Assembly (NCBI RefSeq): GCF_004010195.1 | Contig: NC_057719.1 | Location: forward strand, 44,062,475 to 44,126,474 | DNA: 64,000 bases | Direction of reading: 5' to 3' | Source: Chiloscyllium plagiosum | Taxonomy: Eukaryota | In this document: positions 52,663 through 64,000 of the stretch, piece by piece | How positions within the stretch are numbered: position 1 is the stretch's first letter | Layout of the letters: the number at the start of each line of letters is the position of its first letter | Notes under the pieces: generated by a model | What the model saw: only the letters and a program-made list of their open reading frames with translations | What the model was told of the DNA's origin: nothing | Databases searched by the model: none | Position numbers and translations under genes: made by a program

Positions 52663-55655
52663 CATAGAATCGTAGAGATGTACAGCACGGAAACAGACTC
52701 TTTGGTCTAACTCGTCCATGCTAATCAGATATCCCAACCCAATCTAGTCCCACCTGCCAGCACCAGGCCCATATCCCTCCAAACCCTTCCTATTCATATA
52801 CCCATCCAGATGCCTTTTAAATGTTACAATTGTATTGGCCTCCACCTTCGAGCAATATATTTGTAAATCTTTTCTGAAAGCTTTCTAGTTTCATAACACC
52901 CTTCGGATAGGAAGGAAACCAGAATTGCACGCAATATTCCAAAACTGGCCTAACCAATGTCCTGTACAGCCGCAACATGATCTCCCAACTCCTGTACTCA
53001 ATACTCCGACCAATAAAAGAAAGCATACCCAACGCCTTCTTCACTATCCTGCGCCTCTACTTACAAGGAGCTATGAGACTGCACTCCAAGGTCTCTTTGT
53101 TCAGCAACATTCCCTAGGTCCTTACCATTAAGTGTATAAGTCCTGCTAAGATTTGCTTTTCCAAAATGCAGCACCTCGCATTTATCTAAATTAAAATCTA
53201 TCTGCCATGCCTCAGCCCATTGGCCCATCTGATCAGAATCCAATTGTAATCTGACGTAACCTTCTTTGCTGCCCATTACACCTCCAATTTTGGTGTTATC
53301 GGAAAACTTAGTAACTATACCCCTTATGGTCACATCCAAATCATTTACATAAATGATGAAAAGTAGTGGACCCAGCACTGATTCTTGTGGCACACCACTG
53401 GTCATAGGCCTCCAGTCTGAAAAACAATCCTCCACCAACATCTTCTGTCTTCTACCTTTGAGCCAGTTCTGTATCCAAATGGCTAGTTCTCACTGTATTC
53501 CATCAGATCTAACCTTGCTAACCAGTCTCCCATGTCAAACGTCTTATTGAAGTCATATAGATCACGACTATTGCTCTGCCCTCATCAATCCTTTTGTTAC
53601 TTCTTCAAAAAACTCCGTCAAGTTTATGAGACATGATTTCCCAAGCACAAGGCCGTGTTGACTATCCATAATCAGTCCTTGCCTTTCCAAATACATGTAC
53701 ATCTTTCCCCTCAGGATTCCCTCCAACAACTTGACCACCCCGACGTCAGGCTCACTGGTCTATTGTTCCCTGGTTTGTCCTTACCACCTTTCTTAAACAG
53801 TGGCACCACGTTTGCCAACCTCCAGCCTTCCGCCAGCTCACCCGTGACTATCAATGATACAAATATCTCAGCAAGGGGCCCAGCAATCACTTCCCCAGCT
53901 TCCCAAAAGGTTTCAGTGTACACCTTATCAGATCCTGGGAATTTATCCACTTTTCTGCTTTTCAAGCCATCCAGCACTTCCTCCTCAGTAATAGGGACAT
54001 TTTTCACCATCTATTTTCCTACATTCTATATCTCCCATGTCCTTTTTCACTTTAAACGCTGATGCAAAATACCCATTTAGTATCTCCCCCATCTCCTGTG
54101 GCTCCACATAAAGGCCACCTTGCTGATTTTTGAGGAGCCCTATTCTCTCCTTAGTTACCCTTTTGTCCTTAATATATTTGTAAAAACACTTTGGATTCTT
54201 CTTAATTCTATTTGCCAAAGCTATCTCATGTCCCCTTTTTGTCTTCCGGATTTCCCTCTTAAATATACTCCTATTGTCTTTATACTCTTCTGAGGATTCA
54301 CTCAATCTATCCTGTCTATACCTGATATATTCTTCCTTCTTTTTCTGAACCAAACCCTCAATTTCTTTAGTCATCCAGCATTCCCTACACCTACCAGCCT
54401 TTCCTTTCACCCTAACAGGAATATACATTTCTGAAGGCTTCCCAATTTTCAGCTGTTCCTTTTACCTGCGAATATCTGCCCTCAATCAGCTTTTGAAAGT
54501 TCTTGCCTAATACCGTCAAAATGAGCCTTTCTCCAATTTAGAACTTCAATTTTTTGATCTGGTCTATCTATTTCCATTTATTTTAAATCTAATAGAATTA
54601 TGGTCACTGGCCCCAAAGTGCTCCCCCACTGACATGTCAGTCACCTGCCTTGCCTTATTTCCCAAGAATAGGTCAAATTTTGCACCTTCTCTAGTAGGTA
54701 CATCCACAAACTGAATCAGAAAATTTTCTTGTACACACTTAACAAATTCCTCTTCACCTAAACCCTTAACACTATGGCAGTCCCAGTCTATGTTTGGAAA
54801 GTTAAAATTCCCTACCATAACCACCCTATTATTCTTACAAATAACTGAGATCTCCTAACAAATTTGTTCCTCAATTTCCCTCTGAGTATTCGGAGTCTAT
54901 AATATAATCCCAATCAGGTGATCATGCCTTTCTTATTTCTCAGTTTCACCCAACTAACTTCCCTGGATTATTTCCGGGAATATCCTCCCTCAGTACAGCT
55001 AATCTGCTATCCCTTATCAAAAATGCCATTCCCCCTCCTCTCTTGCCTCCCTTTCTGTCCTTCCTGTAGCATTTATATCCTGGAACATTAAGGTGTCAGT
55101 TCTGTCCATCCCTGAGCCATGTTTCTGTAATTGCTATGATCTCCCAGTCCCATGTTCCTAACCATGCCCTGCGTTCACCTGCCTTCCCTGTTAGGCCCCT
55201 TTCATTGAAATAAATGCAGTTTAATTTATCAGTCCCACCCTGTTCTGTGCTTTGTCCCTGCCTGCCCTGACTATTTGACTCGCTTCTTTTCTCAACTGTA
55301 GCAGTCTCAGATTGGTCTCTTTCCTCTCTATCTCCCTGGGTTAGCCCCCACCTCGCCACTAGTTTAAATCCTGCTGAGCAGCTCAAGCAAATCTCCCTGC
55401 CAGTATATTAGTCCCCTTCCAATTCAGGTGCAATCCGTCCATCTTGTACAGTTCATTTCTACCATGGAAGAGATTCCACTGATCCAAAAATGCGAATATT
55501 TCTCCCACACACCAGCTCCTCAGCCATACATTCATCTGCTCTATCCTCCTATTCCTCCCCTCACTAGCTTGCAGCACCGGGAGTAATCCAGATATTACTA
55601 CTCTTGTGAACCTCCTTTTTAAATTCCTGCCTAACTCTCTAAATTCTCCTTTCAG
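52663..55655 (-). mobile_element. CR1 (HER1-like) LINE including the ORF1 esterase end and ORF2
   Basis: ORF1 LYKMDGLHLNWKGTNILA (SGNH esterase); ORF2 AITETWL, GNFNFP, SDHN, GVPQESVLGPLLF and KFSDNTK; internal deletions. Confidence 0.94.
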
Positions 55656-56491
55656 TCTTGCCAGAGAACCCCATAGCCCAAGAGGAACAGAAGTTCCTAA
55701 TTTGTAAATACCATACTTTTACTTTTTCTGTATTGAAAAAATGATTGTGTATATTAGAAAATGACAACTTGAGCATGCTCCCCTAATGTATCGATGAATC
55801 TATGTTGGGACAGTGAAGGTAAGGAACCTGAAAACATTCAGATTTGATTCTTATTTTATGCCCCCCACGACCCCTAGTTGGGGTGCAGTTTGTGTTTATC
55901 CTTCAAGACAAAGATGCCTGTATCCATCATCTGAGGTGTTTGGTAGGTAACTAAACTGCCTATGGGTTCCATTGCTAATAGAACAAATATTACTGATTTT
56001 TCAGTTTGGATGGGATTCTGTTTCAGGTTTTCCTTTCCTTGCATTTTCTCTCTGCCTCTGAAATATATTTGCTTTCAAATGAGATTGCATTGTGTTTATT
56101 TTGTTGTGCAAGATGCCCCAAACCTGGGTGAGTTTCTCCAAGACCCCATGTCAATGTCAAATTTCTAAATGAAGCCTTTAGGAATGTCCTCCTATGTGCC
56201 TTTTGATATTATAACAATGCACCCCAGGCTCACTGAATCTAAGAAATACAAGACCAGCCCAACGCAGTTGTCACTCTCTCAACATGGGGTGTAGACATTT
56301 GACATGCCAGCTTGGCGAGCAGATCCCATGACTGGTACTTTACCCTGTTGTCTGATCTTCATAGGTTTCCAAAGGCAGCTCAAGTGAAAATAGTTGAGCT
56401 TGTTTGGCAAAGCATAAATGCACAGTCCAATTTTCACAAGCATAGAGCAGAGTGGGAATGATTATTACTGTACAGACTTTCAGATTTGTAA

Positions 56492-57126
56492 TGTTATGGA
56501 CCAGGCCAGACCCCCTCAAAACATTTCAAGAAAGTAGCCCTGACCCTAACTTTGCTAGTTGCTTTAAGCAAGTGTAGAGTGGATATTCCGGTGTGATGCA
56601 GCTGACCCACCCAGTTCGTTTTAAACAAAACTGAATTTATTTGCAAGATTACTGCATGAAACACAAGTAAAAGAGAACAGAATATAGAATAACTTGACCT
56701 ATCCAAAAACCCAGCAGATTATCCCAACCTTCATGATACTATTCCAAATACTTGCAACAATCCCCATAAACACCCTTGTAACAAAGGTAAAATCAAACAA
56801 AGGGTTTTACAGGAGAGAGAGAAAGAGAGAGAGACAGCAGAAAGATTCAGCATGGAACACCTTCTTCCATGTAAACCAATTTCAAAACTGACTGCTTGCC
56901 TTCAGTAAACCATGCCAGAAAAAAGCTGAGCTGGCCACTCCCCTTTCAATATGCAAGCGTTTTTTAAAACTTGAAAGCGTTTTGTCTGAGGCAGTATCTG
57001 TGATCTATAGTCAAACTGGCCTTAAAACCCTTGAAACCTTGAATTTTCGGAATCGCCGCTTTTACAACCTTGCTGAATAAACAGCCAAGGACAGCATAAC
57101 CTTGTTAAAGGAGCAGCATAATCACA
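56492..57126. mobile_element. Probable solo LTR (Gypsy-like) inserted in the RTE
   Basis: 635-bp block TGTTATG...ATCACA (TG..CA) interrupting otherwise contiguous RTE sequence. The 4-bp flanks gtaa/atag do not match cleanly. Confidence 0.55.
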
Positions 57127-59153
57127 ATAGGCAGATTTATTACTCTGTATTCACAGACTGATGATCAGAGTCTGTTTAAGGCTGCCCTTGCTTTGGCAAC
57201 CTTTGCATGTGACTAACTTAAATGTGCTACCAAGGTAAGTGAACACATCACTTGCTGAGCGTTCCTGGTCATGGATGAAACCTTGGACTTGTGTTTTGGC
57301 TGTCCTGAAGCAGGCTGGTACATGACTTCAGTTTTATTTTTGTTGATTGTAAGGCTGGAGTTTTTGCAAGCTTTGGAAAACAAACCCTCATTACATTGCG
57401 TGTCTATCTCTGAACTACAGGTGGTACAAAGTCATTAGGCAAACAAAAAAAAAATCGGTTAAGTATGTCATTGGAGACTATAGTCTTTGCCTGGAGTCAT
57501 CTCAGGTTGAGTTGATATCCATTATGCAATATCTATTTTCAATGCTAGAATCATGATTATGAAAAGCTTTAGAAATCATAGTGGAGAAAACCATACTGAG
57601 GACAGCACACAGTTGCTAACACACCATCCAGTCTAAACTCAAAACTGACTGGGAATGAATCAGAAGACTCACCATCATTCAGGATATGCATGACCATTGA
57701 ATCACTATGATAGATTTCGCAGGGTAACTAACCTTCTCCACTGCTGTCCAAAAACCCTCATGTCTGACTGTGTCAAAGGTTTTGGTCAGGTCAATAAATG
57801 TGGCATAGGGTGTCCTATGCATGAAAATCACCTAAATCTGTCTGATTGTAAACACCAAATCAGGTATCACCTTACCCTTTCCTGAAACTAGGATCTGGCA
57901 GCAGATTCTGGTTGAGACATTATAGCATTGCAACTAAGTTTATTGTCTCGTGTCCTCAAGTACAGGGATACAGGAATACAGTGAAAAGTGTACAAAGTCA
58001 CCATTCCCAGCAACATCTTAGGTACAAAGACACCTAGGTACAAAATCTTAGGTAGAAAAGAAGTAAGTTAAAAGTTAAACATTACAATCTCTTTTCCAAT
58101 AAAGTTGAAAAAAAATAAGGAATTACAGTGTGTTTTTAGCCATGGGCCTGCAGGTGCTCCATGCTGGGCTTCCTTATGAGGGCTTGCACTCCCAATGAGG
58201 GCTCATTCTCCACTGTGCAATGCCCAATCTCCCCCGTGCTGGACACACACCACTCTGTGACATCATCTCACCACTGACCGCTAGGGTCTAGCCCGGCTCA
58301 TGAGACACCTTACCATCTGCTGCCGTCTGAACTCACAGACCACCCTGTTGTTGATCACTAGAATCCCAATCTGAATAATCCAGAAATATTCTGGCAAAGA
58401 TTGTGTTGGCGATGAAGAGTGAGATCCTCCATAACTGACACAAGATTTGTGAGTTCCATTCCCCATGTATTGGTGGGACATGGAGACATTCTTATATTCT
58501 TGCAGGATAATTGTTTTCCCCACATGGACTGAAACAGCTTCTTGTGAGTTGAATGAGCTTGTTGACCAGGTATTGATATCCAGCCTCGTAGACTTTAACT
58601 GTGATTACATCAGTTCCTGGAGCTTTGATGCTAGACAGAAGTTTAATTGCATTAGCTATTTCTAAAGGCCTTGGAGGATTACCAACACAGCAGTTAATGG
58701 CAACCTGAGGCAGCCTGTCGACTGCTTATTCATTGATGAATGAAAGTTGATGAAGATGTGGTTAAAATGTTCTGTCCACCTTGCTAGAATTTGAGCTTTA
58801 GCTGTGAGCAGTGCTGACTATTTTGCACTGAAGTGTTGAATTAGTATTTTGGGGTCCATAGACAGAATTCAGAGCATCTTAGAATTTGAAGAAGTCTTTC
58901 TGGCTGCATATGATTAAAATTAATTTGCCTTCTGTTTAGGCAAGTGTCTTAGATCTCTGACTTTGCATTAGGCAGTCTTATGGATGTTTCAATAGTCAGC
59001 TTGAATAGTGATGACTTGCGTTGAGTTAATCCCAATAAGAGGTGATGCTTCTCCTCCAGTAATTACTACAATATCTCAGTGATTTCATGAAACCAAACAA
59101 AATGTTATGAGATTAATCCAGAATCTAATAGACAGTAGACATCCTATAACTGT

Positions 59154-59500
59154 GGGCGGCACGGTGGCACAGTGGTTAGCACTGCTGCCTCACAACGCCT
59201 GAGACCCGGGTTCAATTCCCGCCTCAGGCGACTGACTGTGTGGAGTTTGCACGTTCTCCCCGTGTCTGCGTGGGTTTCCTCCGGGTGCTCCGGTTTCCTC
59301 CCACAGTCCAAAGATGTGCAGGGTCAGGTGAATTGGCCATGCTAAATTGCCCGTAGTGTTAGGTAAGGGGTAAATGTAGGGGTATGGGTGGGTTCGCTTC
59401 GGCGGGTCGGTGTGGACTTGTTGGGCCGAAGGGCCTGTTTCCACACTGTAATCTAATGTAATGTAATCTAATGTAATCTAATGTAATGTAATCTAATGTA
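59154..59500 (+). mobile_element. HE1-like V-SINE with an expanded (taatc/taatg)n tail
   Basis: Near-identical to 1123-1438. Confidence 0.92.
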
Positions 59501-61049
59501 AAAAACTGGGTTAACACTCAGACAAGGAGATAACTATCTGAAGTTGCTGCTCTGGTCTCTTTCCACTGACTTTCCTGTTGGAAATGTGAATGTGGGGCAA
59601 TAATGGTTTCAAACATTTCAGAACTGTATCCCAAACTGAAAGGTTCCAAGAGACATGAGATGGGTTGGGGGTGCAGGATTTTCTAATGGGATTGGGTCCA
59701 AAATCCAAGCTCAACTTAAATCAGCTGTGATCGAGAAAAACACATTCCTTTGTTCATGGGTCTCTCTTTCTGTACATTGTTGAGTCCTTGTTATCCAAAG
59801 GTTCATAATCATGGCTTATCCCGGGGCAATGTGAGGCAAAATACTCCAGTTGGTTAGAGAATTGAAACCAATGATGGGTGGTATTCTGCACCACACCCTA
59901 GCCAATTGTACTAACTAACTGTCCAGTCATATGGCTATTAAACAAAATAAAAATGTCATATAGATAATGACAATAATTTGCTGACAAATTGGAGACATTC
60001 CAATTCTATTTGAACATAAACAGGGTATGTTTAAATGGGCTAGAAGATGGGCAAAAATCAGTATGGCTTCCTTTCTGTGAATCATTCTTTCTCACCAAAC
60101 AAGTTCTAAAACATACTGTTTGAAAGGCTACACAGCATTTAAGCATCATTATCCTGAAAGTTAACAGATAACGCTAAGTTTTTATTGCTGAAAGCCAAGT
60201 GTAAGACTTCCTTTTGTGAACTTCATCAATTAAGGTGACATTTAATTGAATATGATGTTACATTGGGTAAAGAACAAATTTTAGAACCATATAACAAGTT
60301 CAGACAAAGCAGACATACCTCCTACTAGGAATCTGCATGTCTCCCCCAGCATGTACGAATTATTCATAGAGATTAATATGAAATGGAGCATGTCACCTTC
60401 TATTAGATTTTCATGAGAAGTATACTAATGAGAATGATTCTAATGCTGAATCCAGGCGACTGTAGCATGTGATAACCCAGTGACCAATTATACATGAAAG
60501 TCTCTGGAAGCAGCATATTCCAGACAGACAATGATTTTTAATTTTTATTTCTGAGTCTATTTGTTGCTTTAATAAAGGTATTAGCTCTTGTAAGAAGTTT
60601 ACTAGGAAATGAGATGCAAGGCTGAAGTGTATTTACTCAGAATTTCTATTTTATAAGCTATTTTACCAATTATCAAACATCTGTTAGTTGTAAAAGTAAA
60701 ATTTTCTTTCATCTCAATTAATAACTTCCTCTGAAGATTCTAAATTCCTTCAAAGTACATCAAATGGTTCCTTAAAGGATGCCACAATTTTTGCTGCAAC
60801 GCTCTATATAGGAGTCTATTTCACGTTATGGTCACAGTCTGTATTAAAGATATTGTCCCAATACCAGGTCTAAATTTGCCTTTGACAAATGAACCTGAGT
60901 TCATTTACTACACTCACAATTCAGTCAGAGGTGACCATCTGAATGTATCTTTTACATGAATCCTATATACTTCTGTAAGATCATTTCTCAAACACTTCTA
61001 TTATCATTCATATAGCCAATACCCTTTGCAGAACAGCTGCAGTGCCAGT

Positions 61050-62370
61050 GAAAAGTCAGTATCTAATGCCAGCTTTCTCCCCATATCATTTGATCCCTTT
61101 AGTCCTCAGAACTATATCCAACTCTTCCTTGAAATCATTCAATATTTTTGCCTTAGCCACTTCATATGGGAGAAAATACCAAAGGCTTACCACTCTATGC
61201 ATGTCATTACTCTAACCCCAATCCTATGCACTTTAATTTTACACAGTAATCTCTTAATTGGAATCTTACCAAAAGCCTTCCAAAAGTCCAAGTAAACCAC
61301 ATCCACTGACTCCTCTTATCAACTGTACTAGTTACATCCTGAAAGCTTTCCAGTGGATTTTGTCAAGCATTATTTACCCTAAGTAAATCCATGCTCACTC
61401 TGTCCGATCCTGTAATTGTAGTCTATGTTCTCTGCTATTAAATCTTTTATAAAGGACTCTAGAAGGGCTAATGCCCGAAACATCGATTCTCCTGTTCCCT
61501 AGATGCTGCCTGACCTGCTGCGCTTTTCCAGCAACACATTTCCATCTCTGATCTCCAGCATCTGCAGACCTCACTTTCTCCTGTCACTAATCAATCCCAG
61601 GCTAACTGGTCTATAGTCCCTTTTTTCTCTCTACCTCCTTTTTTAAATAGTGGGGTTACATTAGTAACCCTCCAATCTATCGGAACCATTCTATTTTCTA
61701 TACAGTCTTGAACTACCAAAGCAACCACTATTTCTAGGGCCACTTCCTTAAGAACTCTGGGATGCAGCTTATCATGACTTGGGTGTTTATCAGCCTTGAA
61801 TCCCATTAATTTCCCCATTAATACTACCGTTTTCCTTTAGTTTCTCTCTCTCCCACTGTACCCTGTGTTCCCCAACATTTTTCAGACATTATTCGTGTCC
61901 TCTTTTGTGAAGACAGAATCAATGTATGTATTTAATTGGTCTGCCATCTCTTCATTCCCCAGTACAACTTCTCGCTTCTAATTGTAAGGAATCCAAATTT
62001 GTCTTCACTAACCCTTTTCTCTTCACATACAGATAGAAGCTTTTGCAATCAGTTTGTGTATTTCCCACACTTTCATACTTTAATTGCCCCCTTTTAATCA
62101 ATGCCATTGTCCTCCTCTGATGAAATTCAAACTGCTCGAATTCTCAGGTCTGCTGTTTTTGGACCAATTTGTATGCCCCTTCCTTGAATCTAATTCATTT
62201 CCTATTTCCAATGTTACATTTTTTTTTCTTTTTGACTAAATTCACAACTTGAGGACTCTAGTCTTACAATCAACTACATTTCTCCGCACCTTTACGAAGA
62301 ATTCTATCATATTATGGTCACTATTCCCCAAAAAGCCTTGTGCAGCTAGATTGCCAATTATTCCTTCAAT
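61050..62370 (-). mobile_element. Older CR1 RT/endonuclease fragment, with a PLE end nested at 61461-61582 (+)
   Basis: ORF 61591-61818 LHPRVLKEVALEI...DWRVTNVTPLFKKG. The PLE piece matches 140-261. Confidence 0.8.
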
Positions 62371-63289
62371 TATTCTTGCAGTAATTGCAAAATTACTTTA
62401 TTAAATTTAAATAATATTAAAAATCGAGCAAACACAAAAATAGAAAATGCCTTCTTATAAAAAAGTTGTTGTTATAGTACCCACGTGCAAACTTGAAAAA
62501 TATCAAGGTGAGGACCCACAGTTGGAACTTATCATTGACCACTGACACCAGTAGTACACTCTGTTAATTGAGCAACTCTTTCCAAAAACTAGTACTGATA
62601 AAATGAAGTGAATGGCTTCCTCTGTATTTTATCATCCTTTATCTATAAATGGGTCTAAATCAGTAAAATAGGATCACATATTAAAAGCAATTTGTCGACC
62701 AAATGTTCATTTGCTATGATTCACAAGAGATTTTATTTACAATTAGAAACAGTTTGTGTGTACAATATTAAATTGCATGGCAAATATAATTGTCTTACTT
62801 TATTTATGGATATAAGTATTACTAATTCACAAGTCAACAAGGCACTTCTGCACTTCAGAAATTAAAACAAGCTGTCACATACCATTCCCACAGAGAATTA
62901 AGTTTAACAAAATTTTACGTTAAATAACCACAACCATTTCAAAACATTCACTGCATCTTGAGTCATTAATAATACTTTCATTAATCACTATGCAATTGTT
63001 GCAGATTACAATTTGGTTGCAACAAGGTAAGACTTCAAAGTTAGGATAACACCATGAAATGCAGCATCTACAGCTGAAAATATGTTCACTATCACTATTT
63101 AATAGAATGTCAATTACTTACACATGAAATGTCAGTTGCTTTTTACAGGTTGTTGTTATGACTAGAAAGGTTTGGTAATTTCCACAGTTGTTTGAAATTG
63201 CCAGAGTTTACACTGAGTGCTGTAGCAAATAATGTGGGATTTGGTCCTGATGTCAAGCATGCTGTGCAAACCATTCACTCCCTAATGTG

Positions 63290-64000
63290 AGTGCAGTAGC
63301 TTGTATACCTTTTGGATAAGAGAGAATAAGCAGCCATGATGCAGATCAAGACATGCTGGTGAGAAAGGAAAGAGGAAGGGCTGATGAGTTTTAGCAAAGA
63401 GATATTTCCACTAGAGTGTTCAGGAAGCAGTCCTCCTTCCTGAACCTTAGCAACGCATCAAATGTGTCTGGTGTCTCTGATTCAAATGAGGTCAGCACAC
63501 TATAATCTTCCATCTCCTGCAGCTATAACCGCAGCTCAGAGCAGGGTGAGGATGACACTGCCAGTGATGTGAAGGAGACATTGGCTGTGAATGGTTATTT
63601 GGGTCCCTGTCCCAACATGACCAAGTGATACTTGCAACATCTCCCAGTTTGCGATAGGAGGTGTGGGGAATCTGTACATTCTAAGGGAATATGTTTCATT
63701 CTCTTTTGCCAGAGAGAAACAGGCAGAGCAAGCATGAAATTTTGTGAGGGTTGTAGGCTCCATATAGTGCAGGGTACCACTCACAATGGAGTCTTTGTTT
63801 TGCTGGTGCTGCAAACCAACTCTGAGATGTCCCCCCAATTGAAAAGGATTCCAATCTCGATATCCTACTGATGTGTTACCATACACAGAGTATTGTGAAT
63901 GTCAAGGTCCATTATCGTCCCAGTGTGATCCTTCTTGCCATCAGTACATTGAGCAGTGTACAAAGCTAATGGTACAAGTGATAGGATATATTATTTTTGG
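63290..64000 (-). mobile_element. Degraded RTE-like LINE RT fragment
   Basis: Minus-strand RTE-like C-terminal RT motifs (GLQ..., FPxLG-like, SVILTLL). It runs off the window end. Confidence 0.5.

Larger units (their letters stand above)
56100..59800 (-). mobile_element. Degraded RTE-clade LINE, fragmented by nested insertions
   Basis: Minus-strand motifs FIDLTK(A)FDTV (~57765-57800), LTINKNKTEVMYQPA (~57310-57355), VAKARAA and IPTLLYACENW (~56425-56465). Confidence 0.75.

Noticed and set aside
59450..59500. (taatc/taatg)n array as an independent satellite or telomere-like repeat
   Set aside because: It is the expanded 3' tail of the HE1 SINE.
1985..63886. Most of the ORFs in the supplied track as host genes
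   Set aside because: They are LINE/SINE/PLE fragments, their antisense frames or chance ORFs. Only the two ninein exons have both splice signals and recognisable protein similarity.
46342..64000. NIN CpG-island promoter or first exon
   Set aside because: No CpG-rich non-repeat segment is visible; the main promoter probably lies beyond the right edge.

Overview
Eukaryotic, repeat-rich vertebrate DNA. The HE1/V-SINE, CR1 and Penelope families present point to an elasmobranch (shark); this is an inference. The window lies inside a minus-strand ninein (NIN) gene. Two coding exons are visible: 46135-46317 (ATG exon, with a 24-nt 5'UTR part up to 46341) and 21626-21719, separated by a ~24.4 kb intron. 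The next exon was not found and probably lies left of the window. The rest is intronic and holds CR1 LINEs (several subfamilies, nested), a second CR1/L2-group LINE, RTE LINEs, tRNA-derived SINEs, fossil hAT and PIF/Harbinger transposases, Tigger-like MITEs, a probable solo LTR and many Penelope-like element (PLE) ends. Most notable: (i) the PLE ends carry minimal hammerhead-ribozyme cores with covarying stems; (ii) several form inverted insertions with a 36-39 nt unpaired tail, bounded by direct repeats; (iii) one such insertion (37136-38474) brackets ~1 kb of older, unrelated DNA between near-identical inverted arms and a perfect 16-bp direct repeat; (iv) inverted CR1 copies flank the 94-nt NIN exon; (v) a recursive-splice-like AG|GTGAGT site lies upstream of the ATG exon. 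Boundaries of degraded repeats are approximate and read by eye. No prokaryotic system is present.
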